A DNA stretch of 64,000 bases from an uncultured Chloroflexia bacterium (GTDB lineage Bacteria; Chloroflexota; Limnocylindria; Limnocylindrales; CSP1-4), in the NCBI GenBank assembly GCA_963763775.1, contig CAVXPZ010000004.1, forward strand, positions 224,001 to 288,000. The letters are read 5' to 3'. Below the pieces are notes generated by a model, which was not told the origin of the DNA, ran no database searches, and was given only the letters and a program-made list of their open reading frames with translations. Below are positions 1-9,729 of this stretch, piece after piece (position 1 is the stretch's first letter; the number at the start of each line of letters is the position of its first letter). A program made the position numbers and the translations under genes.

Positions 1-394
1 AGTACGGCAGCAGCTCGAAGTAGTCGATCGGCCAGTCGTCGGCGATGCCGTCGAGCGAGCGGACGCGGAAGTCGGAGGGGAGGGCGCGCGGCCAGGCGCC
101 CGCGAAGATGATCGTGGAGCCGCCGACCGCGTTGTACATGAGCGGCGAGACCGGGGTGTCGTCCTCGACGATCGGGTAGTCCGCCGCGAGGCCGCGCAGG
201 TTCGGGCTGGTCGCCCAGTCCTTGCGGGCCTTGAGCTCCCAGTCGAGCTTGTTCCCCGGGTAGTCCGCCCGGTCGAGCCAGTCGCCCTGCTCCAGGCACA
301 CCACCGAGAACCCGGCTTCGGCCAGCCGCAAGGCCACGACCCCGCCGGACGCGCCGGCGCCGATGATCAGGACATCTGCTGGTTCGGTGGCCAA
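1..394 (-). CDS. GMC-family FAD oxidoreductase, N-terminal part (runs off window)
   Basis: Manual translation from TTG at 394 with GGAGG RBS: MATEPADVLIIGAGASGGVVALRLAEAGFSVVCLEQG...NAVGGSTIIFAGAWPR; GxGxxG FAD motif and GGST motif. Confidence 0.85.
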   Translation of the reverse strand, partial: MATEPADVLIIGAGASGGVVALRLAEAGFSVVCLEQGDWLDRADYPGNKLDWELKARKDWATSPNLRGLAADYPIVEDDTPVSPLMYNAVGGSTIIFAGAWPRALPSDFRVRSLDGIADDWPIDYFELLPY

Positions 395-447
395 GACTGC
401 CTCCTTCGGCGACGACGGATGCGACCTCGGATCTCGGGACTGGCGGG

Positions 448-1390
448 TCAGGTGCGGGCCGCGGCGCCGGCGATCGGCTCGCGGAGGAGCCCGACCTCGG
501 CGAGGACCGACGCGAGGAACGCGCGCTCGTCGTCGGAGACCGGCAGCAGCGGGCGGCGGACATGGGCGTTCTCGAGGACCGCCGAGGATCCGCAGGCATT
601 CCTTCAGCCGGACGCGGTAGTCGCCGACCGGCGCGGCGAAGACGACGTCGGCGAGTCGCTGCACGCGACGGCCGAGCGCCAGGGCCTCGTCGGTCCGGCC
701 GGCCTGCCAGGCCGCGATCATGTCGACCTGCTCGCGGGTCATCACCGCCCCGAACCCGATGAGGGCGCCGGTCGCGCCGAGCAGGAACGACTCGAGGATG
801 AAGTTGTCGTTGCCGGTCAGGAGCGTGATCCGTCGCGGCAGGTGCTCGAGGAGCCGGGCCGTGTCCACGAACCGGCGGGCGTCGAAGGACGCTTCCTTGA
901 TCGCCACCACGCCATCCACGGCGGCCATCGCCTCGAGCGTGTCCTGCTCGTAGTTGACGCCGGCCAGGGCGGGCTGGAGCTGGAACAGGATCAGCGGCAG
1001 GCCGACGTCGGCGATCGCCTCGTGGTACGCGACGGGGACGCGCGGGTCGAGCGGCTGGCTCAGGTAGGCCGGGATCGGGAAGACGAGCAGGGCATCGGCG
1101 CCGGCGGCCTTGAAGTCCCTGGCCTGACGCACCGCGGCGTCGGTCGACGGCCCGGCGAGCCCGGCGACGATCGGCAGGTCCGTGACGTCGTCGACGATGC
1201 GCAGGATGCGGACCTTCTCGTCGTGCGTGAGGTGCGGGCCCTCCCCCGTGTCGACGTTGATCGCCAGCGCGACCGGGCCCTGCTGGACGACCCAGTCGAT
1301 GTAGGCGCGGAGGGCCGGCTCGTCGATCTGGCCGTCAGCGTCCATCGGCAGCACGGTGGCGGGGATCAGGCCGTCGAGGTTCAGCACCAT
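448..1390 (-). CDS. Dihydrodipicolinate synthase/N-acetylneuraminate lyase family protein (frameshift near 580)
   Basis: Manual translation MVLNLDGLIPATVLPMDADGQIDEPALRAY...DTGEG...VVAIKEAS...LLTGNDNF; C-terminal VRRPLLPV in a shifted frame ending at TGA 448. Confidence 0.85.
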
Positions 1391-1501
1391 CTCTCACTCC
1401 GGTCGCGGGTCGGGCGGGAAGTAATCGTTTGCTATCGTACGCCGCCGGCCGGTGGCGCCGCCTGTCGTGCCACGCGTCTGGCACGACGCGCGCCGATACG
1501 C

Positions 1502-1512
1502 TCGATAATCGA
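1502..1512. promoter_or_regulatory. Palindrome TCGAT-N-ATCGA, candidate operator of the cluster GntR
   Basis: TCGATAATCGA in the divergent DHDPS/SDR intergenic region; same palindrome at 11577-11587. Confidence 0.45.
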
Positions 1513-1533
1513 TCAGATGCAGCGAGGAGCCCG

Positions 1534-2321
1534 ATGAGCCAGCTCGACGTCTTCAGCCTGGCCGGCAAGGTCGCCCTGATCCCGGGCGGCGGCGGCGGCA
1601 TCGGATCGGCGCTGGCGGAGGCGCTCGCCGGCGCCGGGGCCCGAGTGGCCGTGGCCGGGCGCAACCTCGAGAACGGCCAGGCGGCCGTCGCGCGCATCGT
1701 GGCCGCGGGCTCCGAGGGCCTGGCGATCGGCGCCGACGCGACCGAGGAGGCGGACTGCGACCGGATGGTCGCGGAGACGCTCGCGCGGTTCGGTCGCATC
1801 GACATCGTCGTGAATGCCGTGGGCGGCGGCGCGGGCAAGGTCCTGCATCCCGCGGAGGCCTACCCGCGGGCCGATTGGGACTGGATCATGGAACTCAACG
1901 TCCGGAGCACGGTGCTCCCGACCCAGGCCGCGGTCCGGGCGATGATCGAGGCCGGCCATGGCGGCGTCGTGCTGAATATCTCGTCCGTGCGGGCCAACCT
2001 CGGGATCAACGCCGGCTATTCGGCGTATGTCGCCGCGAAAGGGCGCGATCAGCTCGCTGACGCGGCAGTGGGCGACCGAGTGGGCGAAGCACGGCATCCG
2101 CGTCAACGCGATCATGCCGACCTTCGTGGACACGCCGCAGGTCGCGATGCTGCTCGAGGACCCGGCGTTCAAGGCCGGCATCGTGAACCGGATCCCGCTC
2201 GGCCCGGGTCGGCGAGACCCGCGATCTGGTCGGGCCGGCGATCTTCTTCTGCTCCGACGCGACGTCGTTCGTGACCGGCCAGGTCCTCGGGATCGACGGC
2301 GGTCTCACCGCCACGCAGTAG
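1534..2321 (+). CDS. SDR family NAD(P)-dependent oxidoreductase (frameshifts near 2043 and 2200)
   Basis: PGGGGGIG, NAVG, YVAAK, then WAKHGIRVNAIMP and TGQVLGIDGG in shifted frames; GAGGAG RBS. Confidence 0.85.
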
Positions 2322-2350
2322 CCCGCCCCACCTCGAGGAGGACCGTCCCG

Positions 2351-3256
2351 ATGGCGACCGCGCCCGATATGCTCGGACTCGAGCGGGTCACGTCGAACGT
2401 CTACACGACCACGACGCTGCGGGGCTGCAACCCGAGCTTCGTCGTGACGTCGGCCGGGGTGGTCTGCATCGACACGCCGCAGCTGCCGACCAAGGCGGTC
2501 GCGATGCGGCAGGCCGCGGAGTCGCATGGGCCGATCCGCTACCTCATCAACACCGAGAACCACGTCGACCACATCTTCGGGAACCACTGGTACCGCGGCA
2601 TCGGCGACGTCGTGATGCACCAGGCGCTCTACGACATCTTCATGGACCAGACCGCCGCGCTCGACCCGTTCGCCTACGCGCTCGAGGCCATCCCGACCGA
2701 CGATCCCGAGGGCGCGGCGATCCTGCCCGACCGGGACGCCTACTACGCCGATCTGCCGCGCGGGACCGTCGTCTTCACGGGCGACCTGACACTCCGCGTG
2801 GGCTCGCACACGATCCGCTGCCTGTGGACGCCCGGTCACACGCCGGGCCAGCTGGCCGTGCACGTCCCCGAGGAGCGCGTGGTCTTCACGGGCGACACCA
2901 TCTTCTCGGGCTGCCAGACCTGGCTGATGACCTCGAACGTGGACCAGTGGCTCGAGGCTTTGGAACGCATCCGCGCCCTCGAGGACGTCGACCACGTCGT
3001 CCCCGGCCACGGGCCCGTGGTCGATCTCAAGTACGTCGAGACCCAGCGCTCCGTGCTGATGACCTGGAAGGCCGCCGTCTCCGATGCCGTCGCGAAGGGC
3101 TTCTCGCGGGAGGAGACGATCGCGAGCGTCCGGTTCGACGACGCCTTCGGGCCGGTCGACGTCGGGCAGGGCTACATGATGGATCACATCCAGAACAACA
3201 ACGCCGGCTCGCTCTGGGACAAGCTGACCGCGACGAACTACTCGAAGGGCCGCTGA
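2351..3256 (+). CDS. MBL-fold metallo-hydrolase (cyclase-like)
   Basis: TENHVDHIFGN (variant HxHxDH), TPGHTPG, FTGD, VVPGHG; GAGGAGG RBS. Confidence 0.88.
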   Translation: MATAPDMLGLERVTSNVYTTTTLRGCNPSFVVTSAGVVCIDTPQLPTKAVAMRQAAESHGPIRYLINTENHVDHIFGNHWYRGIGDVVMHQALYDIFMDQTAALDPFAYALEAIPTDDPEGAAILPDRDAYYADLPRGTVVFTGDLTLRVGSHTIRCLWTPGHTPGQLAVHVPEERVVFTGDTIFSGCQTWLMTSNVDQWLEALERIRALEDVDHVVPGHGPVVDLKYVETQRSVLMTWKAAVSDAVAKGFSREETIASVRFDDAFGPVDVGQGYMMDHIQNNNAGSLWDKLTATNYSKGR

Positions 3257-3294
3257 CGGCGTCGCGGCGCGGTCGCTGTCGCGGGCGCCGGCGC

Positions 3295-5447
3295 TCAGGC
3301 GCGGCCGGCTTCGACCTCGTCGGCGCGGGTCCGGCCGGCGAGCCGGATCAGGTCCTCGTGGAGCTCGAACCAGATCCCGTGATAGCTGTCGACGCGGGGC
3401 GAGGCGACGAACCGTCCGTCGCCAGCCTGCGCCCCCGCCAGCGCGCGCGCCAGTCGAGCCCGGTAGTCCGCCAGACGATGCGGGCCGGCCGTGGCGGCAT
3501 CGAACCAGGTCGCGGCGTCGGCGTCGATCGGCCGCCAGTCGCTCGAGGACGGCCGCGTCGTAGTCGGGGTCCGTGTGGTCGTTGACGACGCCGGCCGTCG
3601 GCGTCGCGGAGCTGCCAGGCCGTGACGACGTCCTTGACCCGATGGTCGAGCGCCAGGAAGGCGTCCAGCGCGGCCGCGGCGGACGCCGGGCCCCACGCGG
3701 CCCGGTCGGCGTCGAGGAGCGCTGCGGCCCGCGCCGTCCCGACGTCGGTGAGCTTGAGCGCGCCGGCCGAGCTCGCGACGAGCCCGTCGATGGCGAGCTG
3801 ATCGAGGACGGGCTCGACCATCGCCGGTTCGGCGAGGACGGCCTCGGCGATCCCGGGAAGCATGGCGAAGCCCTTGATCGCGATCACGCGCAGGCACCGA
3901 TCCGGCGTCACCTTCCGAGCGGCGACTGGCTCGGCGACGGCCGTGGCGGCGACGGCTCCCGGGGCGTCGGCGCGGGCTGGCGCCGGCTCGATCTCGATGC
4001 CGAGCTCCTCGGCCCAGCCGAGGAGCGTCCGCGCCTCGGGGACGACCTCCTCGGTCGTCGGGATGGCGCCCTCGAAGACCTCGCCGGTGCTGCCGTCGAT
4101 CGTGATGACCTCGCCCGTTCGCAGGGTCCGGTCGCCGATGACGACCTCGCCCTCGCGGACGACGAGATCGGCCGCGCCGACGACCGCGGGGATCCCCCAG
4201 CCGCGCGCCACGACCGCGGCATGGCTCGCGAGTCCGCCGCGCGACGTCAGGACCCCGGCCGCGCGGGCCATCCCGTGGACATCGTCGGGCGACGTCTCGG
4301 CACGCACGAGGATGGCCGGTCGGCCGTCGTCGGCGGCGGCCACGGCGGCTTCGGGGTCCGTGACGATCGGGCCGCTCGCCATCCCCGGCGAGGCCGGCAA
4401 CCCCGTCACCAGCGGCAGCAGGAAGCTGCTCCGGACGCTGGCGGTGGTCGGCGGATCCGCGAGCAGCGGGCGGACACGCTCGACGGCCTCGCGGCGCGAC
4501 AACGGGAATCCCGCGTCATCCGCCATGTCGACAGCGATCCGGAGGGCCGCCTGCGGGCTGCGCTTGCCGACTCGCGTCTGGAGCATCCAGAGCCGCCCGT
4601 CCTCGATGGTGAATTCGATGTCGCAGAGGTCGGCGTAGTGGCGTTCGAGCTCGTCGGCATAGCGGCGCAGGTCCGCGGCGACCGCGGGGAGCCGGGTGTC
4701 GAGGATGTCGATCGGCTCGGTCTGATGCGTCCCGGCGACGACGTCCTCCCCCTGGGCGTCGAACATGACGTCCCCGTACAGGCGGGGCTCACCGGTCGCG
4801 GGGTTGCGCGTGAAGACGACCCCGGTCGCCGACGTGGACCCGCGGTTCCCGAAGACCATCGCCTGGACCGTGACCGCTGTCCCCAGGTCGTCGGCGATCC
4901 CCTCCTTCGCGCGGTAGGCGACGGCGCGATCGCTCCGCCACGACCGGAACACGGCTTCGATCGCGAGGCGCAGCTGTTGCCACGGGTCGGCGGGCACGTC
5001 CGGCACGCCGACGATCGACCGGAATCCCGTTTCGAACCGCTCGCGGCACGCCTGGGCGAACGCGGCGTCACCCGAGGCCCGGGCGAGTCCGGCCGTCGTG
5101 GCCTCGTTCAGGCCGAGGTCCAGGATCGTGTCCATCATGCCCGGCATCGAGACCGGCGCGCCCGAGCGGACGCTGACGAGCAGCGGGTCCGCCGGATCGC
5201 CGAAGCGACGCCCCACGGCGGTCTCCACGTCGCGCATCCGGGCGTGGACCTCCTCGTCCAGACCGGCCGGCCAGCCCTCGGCCAGGTACGTCCGGCACGC
5301 CGCGGTGGAGATGACGAACCCGGGCGGCACGGGCAGCCCGAGGTCGCGCGACATGACGCCCAGGTTCGCCGCCTTGCCGCCGACGAGCGCCTTCGCGTCG
5401 TCGAGCGTGCCAGGGTGGGCGGCGTCGAGCGGGTACGCCCAGGTCAC
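3295..5447 (-). CDS. Pyruvate phosphate dikinase-like protein (ATP-grasp + phospho-His domains) lacking the pyruvate-binding barrel, fused to a C-terminal helical domain (frameshifts ~3530-3600)
   Basis: VGGKAANL, LPVPPGF, LVSVRSGAPVSMPGMMDT, QAMVFGN, FTRNPATG, AQGEDVVAG, DIEFTIE, LQTRVGKR, RGGLASHAAVVARGWG; tail ends DSYHGIWFELHEDL; GTG overlaps upstream stop. Confidence 0.85.
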
Positions 5448-7690
5448 CGGCCCGCCGCCTCGCGGAGCGCGCGCCACACCCGTTCCGGGGTCAGCGGCAG
5501 GTCGCGGATCACCACCCCGGTCGCGTCGGCGACCGCTGCGGCCACGGCCGGCGCGACGCACAGCAGCGCCCCCTCGCTCATCCCCTTCGAGCCATACGGC
5601 CCCGGGCCGTCCTCGTTCTCGATCACGTCGCTCTCGATCCGGTGCGGCAGGTCCAGGCTCGTCGGGATCTTGTAGTCGATGGCCCCGAGGTTGCGGATCC
5701 GGCCCTCATCGTCGTAGAGGTACTGCTCCATCAGCGTGTGGCCGAGACCCATGACCGCGGCGCCCTCGTCCTGGCCCCGGACCTGGATCGGGTTGAGGGC
5801 CTTCCCGACATCCGAGACGGTCACGTGGCGGACGATCGTGATGTCGCCGGTCTCGCGGTCCACCTCGACCTCGATGGCCGTGCAGTTGAACTCGAAGAAC
5901 GCCGCGGTCCCGCCGAGCGGGTGGTCCGGCTCCGCTTCCTTGCGCATCTCGCCGATGCCGATGACCTCGCCACCCAGCCGACCAAGGCCGCGGATCAGGA
6001 CGTCGCGGATCGGCAGGACCCGCTCGCCGATCCGGACCTCGCCGCGCTCGACGACCACGGCCGACTCGTCGACCGACTCGAGGCGCGCGGCCATCGTCCG
6101 GAGCTTCGCCTGGACCGCCCGGCAGGCATCCAGCACGGCGTTGCCCATCAGGACCGACGAGCGGCTCGCCGACGTCTGCTGGTCGTACGGGACGACGGCC
6201 GTGTCGCCCATGACGACCGTGACCCAGTCGACCGGGGCGCCGAGCTCCTCGGCCGCGATCTGGGCGAGGATCGTCCGGGCACCCTGACCCATGTCGGACG
6301 TGCCGGCGAACACCACGACGCTGCCGTCGGCGAGCAGGCGGACCGTGGAGTACGACAGGCCGGTCGTCGGGCCGGACTTGAGGCCGACGGCGATCCCGCG
6401 ACCCCGGCCTGGCGCCGGCGGGGTCCCCCAGCCGATCATCTCGGCCGCACGGTCGACCGTTCGTGCCCAGTCCCCGTCGGCCGGCGTGTCTCCCGGGATG
6501 AACGCATCGCCCCGACGCGCGAGGTTCTGCCGCCGGAGCGCGAGCGGGTCGATGCCGAGGACTCGCGCCGCCTCGTCCATGTTCGACTCGACGGCCCAGA
6601 TCTGCTGTGGATTGCCGAAGCCGCGGAACGCGGTCGACGGGGTCGTGTGCGACAGGATGCTCCGGGCGAGGATCCGCATCGCGGGGACCCGGTACGGCCC
6701 GGACGAGGTGTAACTGCCCTTGCCGACCGTCCGGTCCGCGATGTCCGCATAGGCGCCGATCAGGTAGTTCGCCTCGACGTCGCGGAACACGATCGTGCCG
6801 TCGCGGCGGAAGCCCGTGCGGACGCGGACCGCCGAGGCGCCGCGACGCACGGCCTGGAACGTCTCCTCCAGGGTCAGGATGAGTCGGACCGGCCGGCCCG
6901 CGCGCAGCGCCATGAACGCCACGAGCGGCTCGTACTTCGCGTGCTGCTTGCCGCCGAACCCGCCACCCGGGTCGGGCGCGAAGATGCGCACCTTGGCCAG
7001 CGGCAGGTGGAGCAGGCCGGCGATGACTCGCTGCAGCCAGTTCGGATGCTGGATCGAGCTCCACACCGCGATCCCGTCGCCGTCGGGCGCGGCGATGAAC
7101 CCGTGCGGCTCGATGGCGAACTGCGTGACCATCGGGAACGTGTAGGTGCCCTCGACGACCACCTCCGCGACCGCCGCGTCCACGTCGCCCCAGCCGTAGT
7201 GATGCTCGCGCAGGACGTTGGTGCCGTTGAGCGGGTCGCCCGGCCGGATCGCGGGGTCCTGGACGAGCGGCGCGGCCGGGTCCAGCGCATCGGCGATCGT
7301 GAAGACCGCGGGCAGCGCCTCGTACTCGACCCGGACCAGCCGGGCCGCCTCCTCGGCGGCATCGAGGGTGTCCGCCGCGACCGCGGCGACCGGCTCGCCG
7401 TGGTAGCGGGTCTCCCCCACCGCGAGCACCGGCCGGTCCTGGAACTGCGGTCCGAACCGCGGCATCGGGTCGGGCAGGTCGGCGGCGGTCATGACCAGCC
7501 GGACACCGGGCACCGCCAGGGCCGCGCTGGTGTCGATCGCGATGATGCGGGCGCGTGCGACGTCGACGCTCACGAGCTTCGCGTGGAGCGCGCCTTCGAC
7601 GCGCAGGTCCGCCACGTAGGCCTGGCGGCCGGTGACCCGGTCGAGTCCGCCGACGCGGGCGGGCGACGTCCCGATGCCGGTCTCGTTCAC
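5444..7690 (-). CDS. Xanthine dehydrogenase family molybdopterin-binding large subunit
   Basis: GGGFGGK, AFRGFG, DMGQG, SASRS, GPYGSKGMSE, DLPLTPERV. Confidence 0.93.
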   Translation of the reverse strand: MNETGIGTSPARVGGLDRVTGRQAYVADLRVEGALHAKLVSVDVARARIIAIDTSAALAVPGVRLVMTAADLPDPMPRFGPQFQDRPVLAVGETRYHGEPVAAVAADTLDAAEEAARLVRVEYEALPAVFTIADALDPAAPLVQDPAIRPGDPLNGTNVLREHHYGWGDVDAAVAEVVVEGTYTFPMVTQFAIEPHGFIAAPDGDGIAVWSSIQHPNWLQRVIAGLLHLPLAKVRIFAPDPGGGFGGKQHAKYEPLVAFMALRAGRPVRLILTLEETFQAVRRGASAVRVRTGFRRDGTIVFRDVEANYLIGAYADIADRTVGKGSYTSSGPYRVPAMRILARSILSHTTPSTAFRGFGNPQQIWAVESNMDEAARVLGIDPLALRRQNLARRGDAFIPGDTPADGDWARTVDRAAEMIGWGTPPAPGRGRGIAVGLKSGPTTGLSYSTVRLLADGSVVVFAGTSDMGQGARTILAQIAAEELGAPVDWVTVVMGDTAVVPYDQQTSASRSSVLMGNAVLDACRAVQAKLRTMAARLESVDESAVVVERGEVRIGERVLPIRDVLIRGLGRLGGEVIGIGEMRKEAEPDHPLGGTAAFFEFNCTAIEVEVDRETGDITIVRHVTVSDVGKALNPIQVRGQDEGAAVMGLGHTLMEQYLYDDEGRIRNLGAIDYKIPTSLDLPHRIESDVIENEDGPGPYGSKGMSEGALLCVAPAVAAAVADATGVVIRDLPLTPERVWRALREAAGR

Positions 7691-8163
7691 GATCCGCCGG
7701 CCTCGGCCGCCGCCAGCACGGCCTCGATGATCTGCTCGTACCCGGCGCACCGGCAGAGGTTCCCGGCGAGCCCGTCCTCGACGGCCGCCCGGGTCGGGTG
7801 CGGGTCGATCGCGAGCAGGGCCTTGGCGGCCAGCAGCTGCCCGGGGATGCAGAACCCGCACTGGGCCGCACCGGTCTCGAGGAACGCCGTCTGGAGCGGG
7901 TGGAGCCGGTCGCCCGAGGCGAGGCCCTCGACCGTGGTGACCGCCGTGCCGTCGGCCTCCACCGCGAACATCAGGCAGGCGTCCACGCTCACGTCGTCGA
8001 CGAGGACGGTGCACGCGCCGCACTCCCCGACGAGGCAACAGGCCTTCGTCCCGCTGAGACCGAGGTCGTCCCGGAGCACCTCGAGGAGCGTGTGATGCGT
8101 GGCCACCTCCGCGGTCCGCGCGCGCCCGTTCACTGACAGCTCGATCCGCCGGGTCTCGGGCAT
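7687..8163 (-). CDS. Molybdenum hydroxylase small subunit, 2x[2Fe-2S]
   Basis: GTKACCLVGECGACTV, QCGFCIPG, GNLCRCAGY. Confidence 0.93.
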   Translation of the reverse strand: MPETRRIELSVNGRARTAEVATHHTLLEVLRDDLGLSGTKACCLVGECGACTVLVDDVSVDACLMFAVEADGTAVTTVEGLASGDRLHPLQTAFLETGAAQCGFCIPGQLLAAKALLAIDPHPTRAAVEDGLAGNLCRCAGYEQIIEAVLAAAEAGGS

Positions 8164-9033
8164 CACGACACCGCCTGGCCGGACAGCCGCTCGATCGCGG
8201 TGCCGATGGCCCGAAGCCCGAGGACGTGCAACATCGCGAGGCGGTACTCGGGGCTGGCGCGCATCGATCCCGGCGACGGGCTGGCGTCGACGAAGAGCTC
8301 CTCGAGCCGCGTCAGCTTCGCGCCGTCCGGCGCCGATGGATCCGCGAGCACCCCGGTGTCGTCGACGACGAGCAGCGGTCGAGGCCCGAGGCTGCCGTAC
8401 GCGATCCGCGTCGAGCCCGTCGCACTGACGGCACAGGTCAAGGTCACAGACGCGAGGTCGTGGCCACGGCGACGGGTGCGGCGCACGTGGACCGACGCGG
8501 CTGGCCCGTCCGGACGCGGCAGCTCGATCGCCGTGACCAACTCGCCGGGTTCGAGCGTCGTCACGCCGGACCGGACGAAGAAGCCGTCGATGGCGATCCG
8601 TCGCTCGCCGCTCGGGCCGGCCAGCGACGACCACGGCGCTGTCCACGAGGAGCGCCGGCGCGGTGTCCGCGGCCGGGGAGGCGTTGCAGACATTCCCGGC
8701 GAGCGTCGCGCGGTTCCGGATCTGGGCCGACCCGACGACCGAGGCCGCCTCGGCCAGGGCAAGGTGATCGCGGCGGATCCGCTCGTCGGCCGCGATGTCG
8801 GTCATGACGGTCCGTGCCCCGACGCGCAAGACCCCGTCCGCCTCGCGGATCCCCGCGTCGAGCTCGGCGATGCGCTTGACGTCGACGACGACCCGCGGCT
8901 GGATCGACCCGTCCCGCAGCCGGATGATGAGGTCCGTGCCGCCGGCGAGCAGTCGCGCGTCGTCACCGTGCTCGGCGAGCAGGCCCACGGCATCGGCGAG
9001 CCGGGTCGGCCGTTCGTAGGCGAAGGGTCGCAT
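8163..9033 (-). CDS. Molybdenum hydroxylase medium subunit, FAD-binding (frameshift near 8625)
   Basis: MRPFAYERP, LAGGTDL, QIRNRATLAGNVCNASPAAD; C-terminal half in ORF 8163..8762 (MRASPEYR). Confidence 0.9.
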
Positions 9034-9042
9034 CGTCCGGCC

Positions 9043-9717
9043 CTAGATGGCCCGGTCGACGTCGTCGAGCCAGCGGCGAGCCATGTTCTCGCTGACCTCC
9101 TCGAAGTGGCGCTGGAGCGCGTCCACCACGGCGGCCGCGTCGCGACGTTCGATCGCGGCCTGGATCGGGCCGTGGAGGTCGGCCGACCACGTCGGGTCCG
9201 CCCCGGGGACGACGAGCGTGATGTAGGTCCGCGAGAACGGCTCGAGCGACCGCCAGACGCGGAGCAGGGCGCCGTTGTCGGCCAGCTCCACGATCCGCCC
9301 GTGGAACCGGGCGTCGGCCTCGGCGACGGCATGGCCGTCATCGACTCGGGCGGCGGCGCGCATGGCCTCGAGATGGCCCGCGAGTTCGGCGATATCCGCA
9401 TCGGTCAGCCGGGGCACCGCCAGTCGGGCGCCGAGCGCTTCGAGCGAGGAGCGCACCGCGTACGCCTCGATGATCTCGCGCCGCGACGGGTGGCGGACGC
9501 GTGCCCCGCGGAAGGGCGTGATCTCGACGACGCCCAGCGCCTCGAGGCCGCGTAGGGCCTCGCGGACCGGCGCCTGGCTCGTCCCGAGCTCACGGGCCAC
9601 CTGGGTCTCGATGATCCGGGCGTCGGGCGGGTAGTGCCCGCTGAGGATGCCCTCCAGGATCCGGTCCTTCACCTGATCGGCCAGGACGCTCCTCGGGATG
9701 ATCCGCCCGGTGGCCAT
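9043..9717 (-). CDS. GntR family (FCD domain) transcriptional regulator
   Basis: wHTH ELGTSQAPVREAL...GARV; FCD DARFHGRIV. Confidence 0.92.
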   Translation of the reverse strand: MATGRIIPRSVLADQVKDRILEGILSGHYPPDARIIETQVARELGTSQAPVREALRGLEALGVVEITPFRGARVRHPSRREIIEAYAVRSSLEALGARLAVPRLTDADIAELAGHLEAMRAAARVDDGHAVAEADARFHGRIVELADNGALLRVWRSLEPFSRTYITLVVPGADPTWSADLHGPIQAAIERRDAAAVVDALQRHFEEVSENMARRWLDDVDRAI

Positions 9718-9729
9718 CGACACGGCCGC

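Noticed and set aside
1-1390. Apparent in-frame DHDPS-GMC fusion
   Set aside because: Produced by the indel near 580; DHDPS has its own C-terminus and stop at 448 and the GMC gene has its own RBS
7687-9033. Apparent FAD-subunit/2Fe-2S fusion (similar chimeric ORFs at 2027..3256, 32845..35208, 17445..19727)
   Set aside because: Frameshift artefacts; the proper C-termini are mostly found in neighbouring frames
5444-9033. Aerobic CO dehydrogenase or 4-hydroxybenzoyl-CoA reductase
   Set aside because: Active-site loop is AFRGFG, not AYxCSFR or AYRGAGR, and the FAD subunit lacks the Cys-rich [4Fe-4S] insert of HcrB
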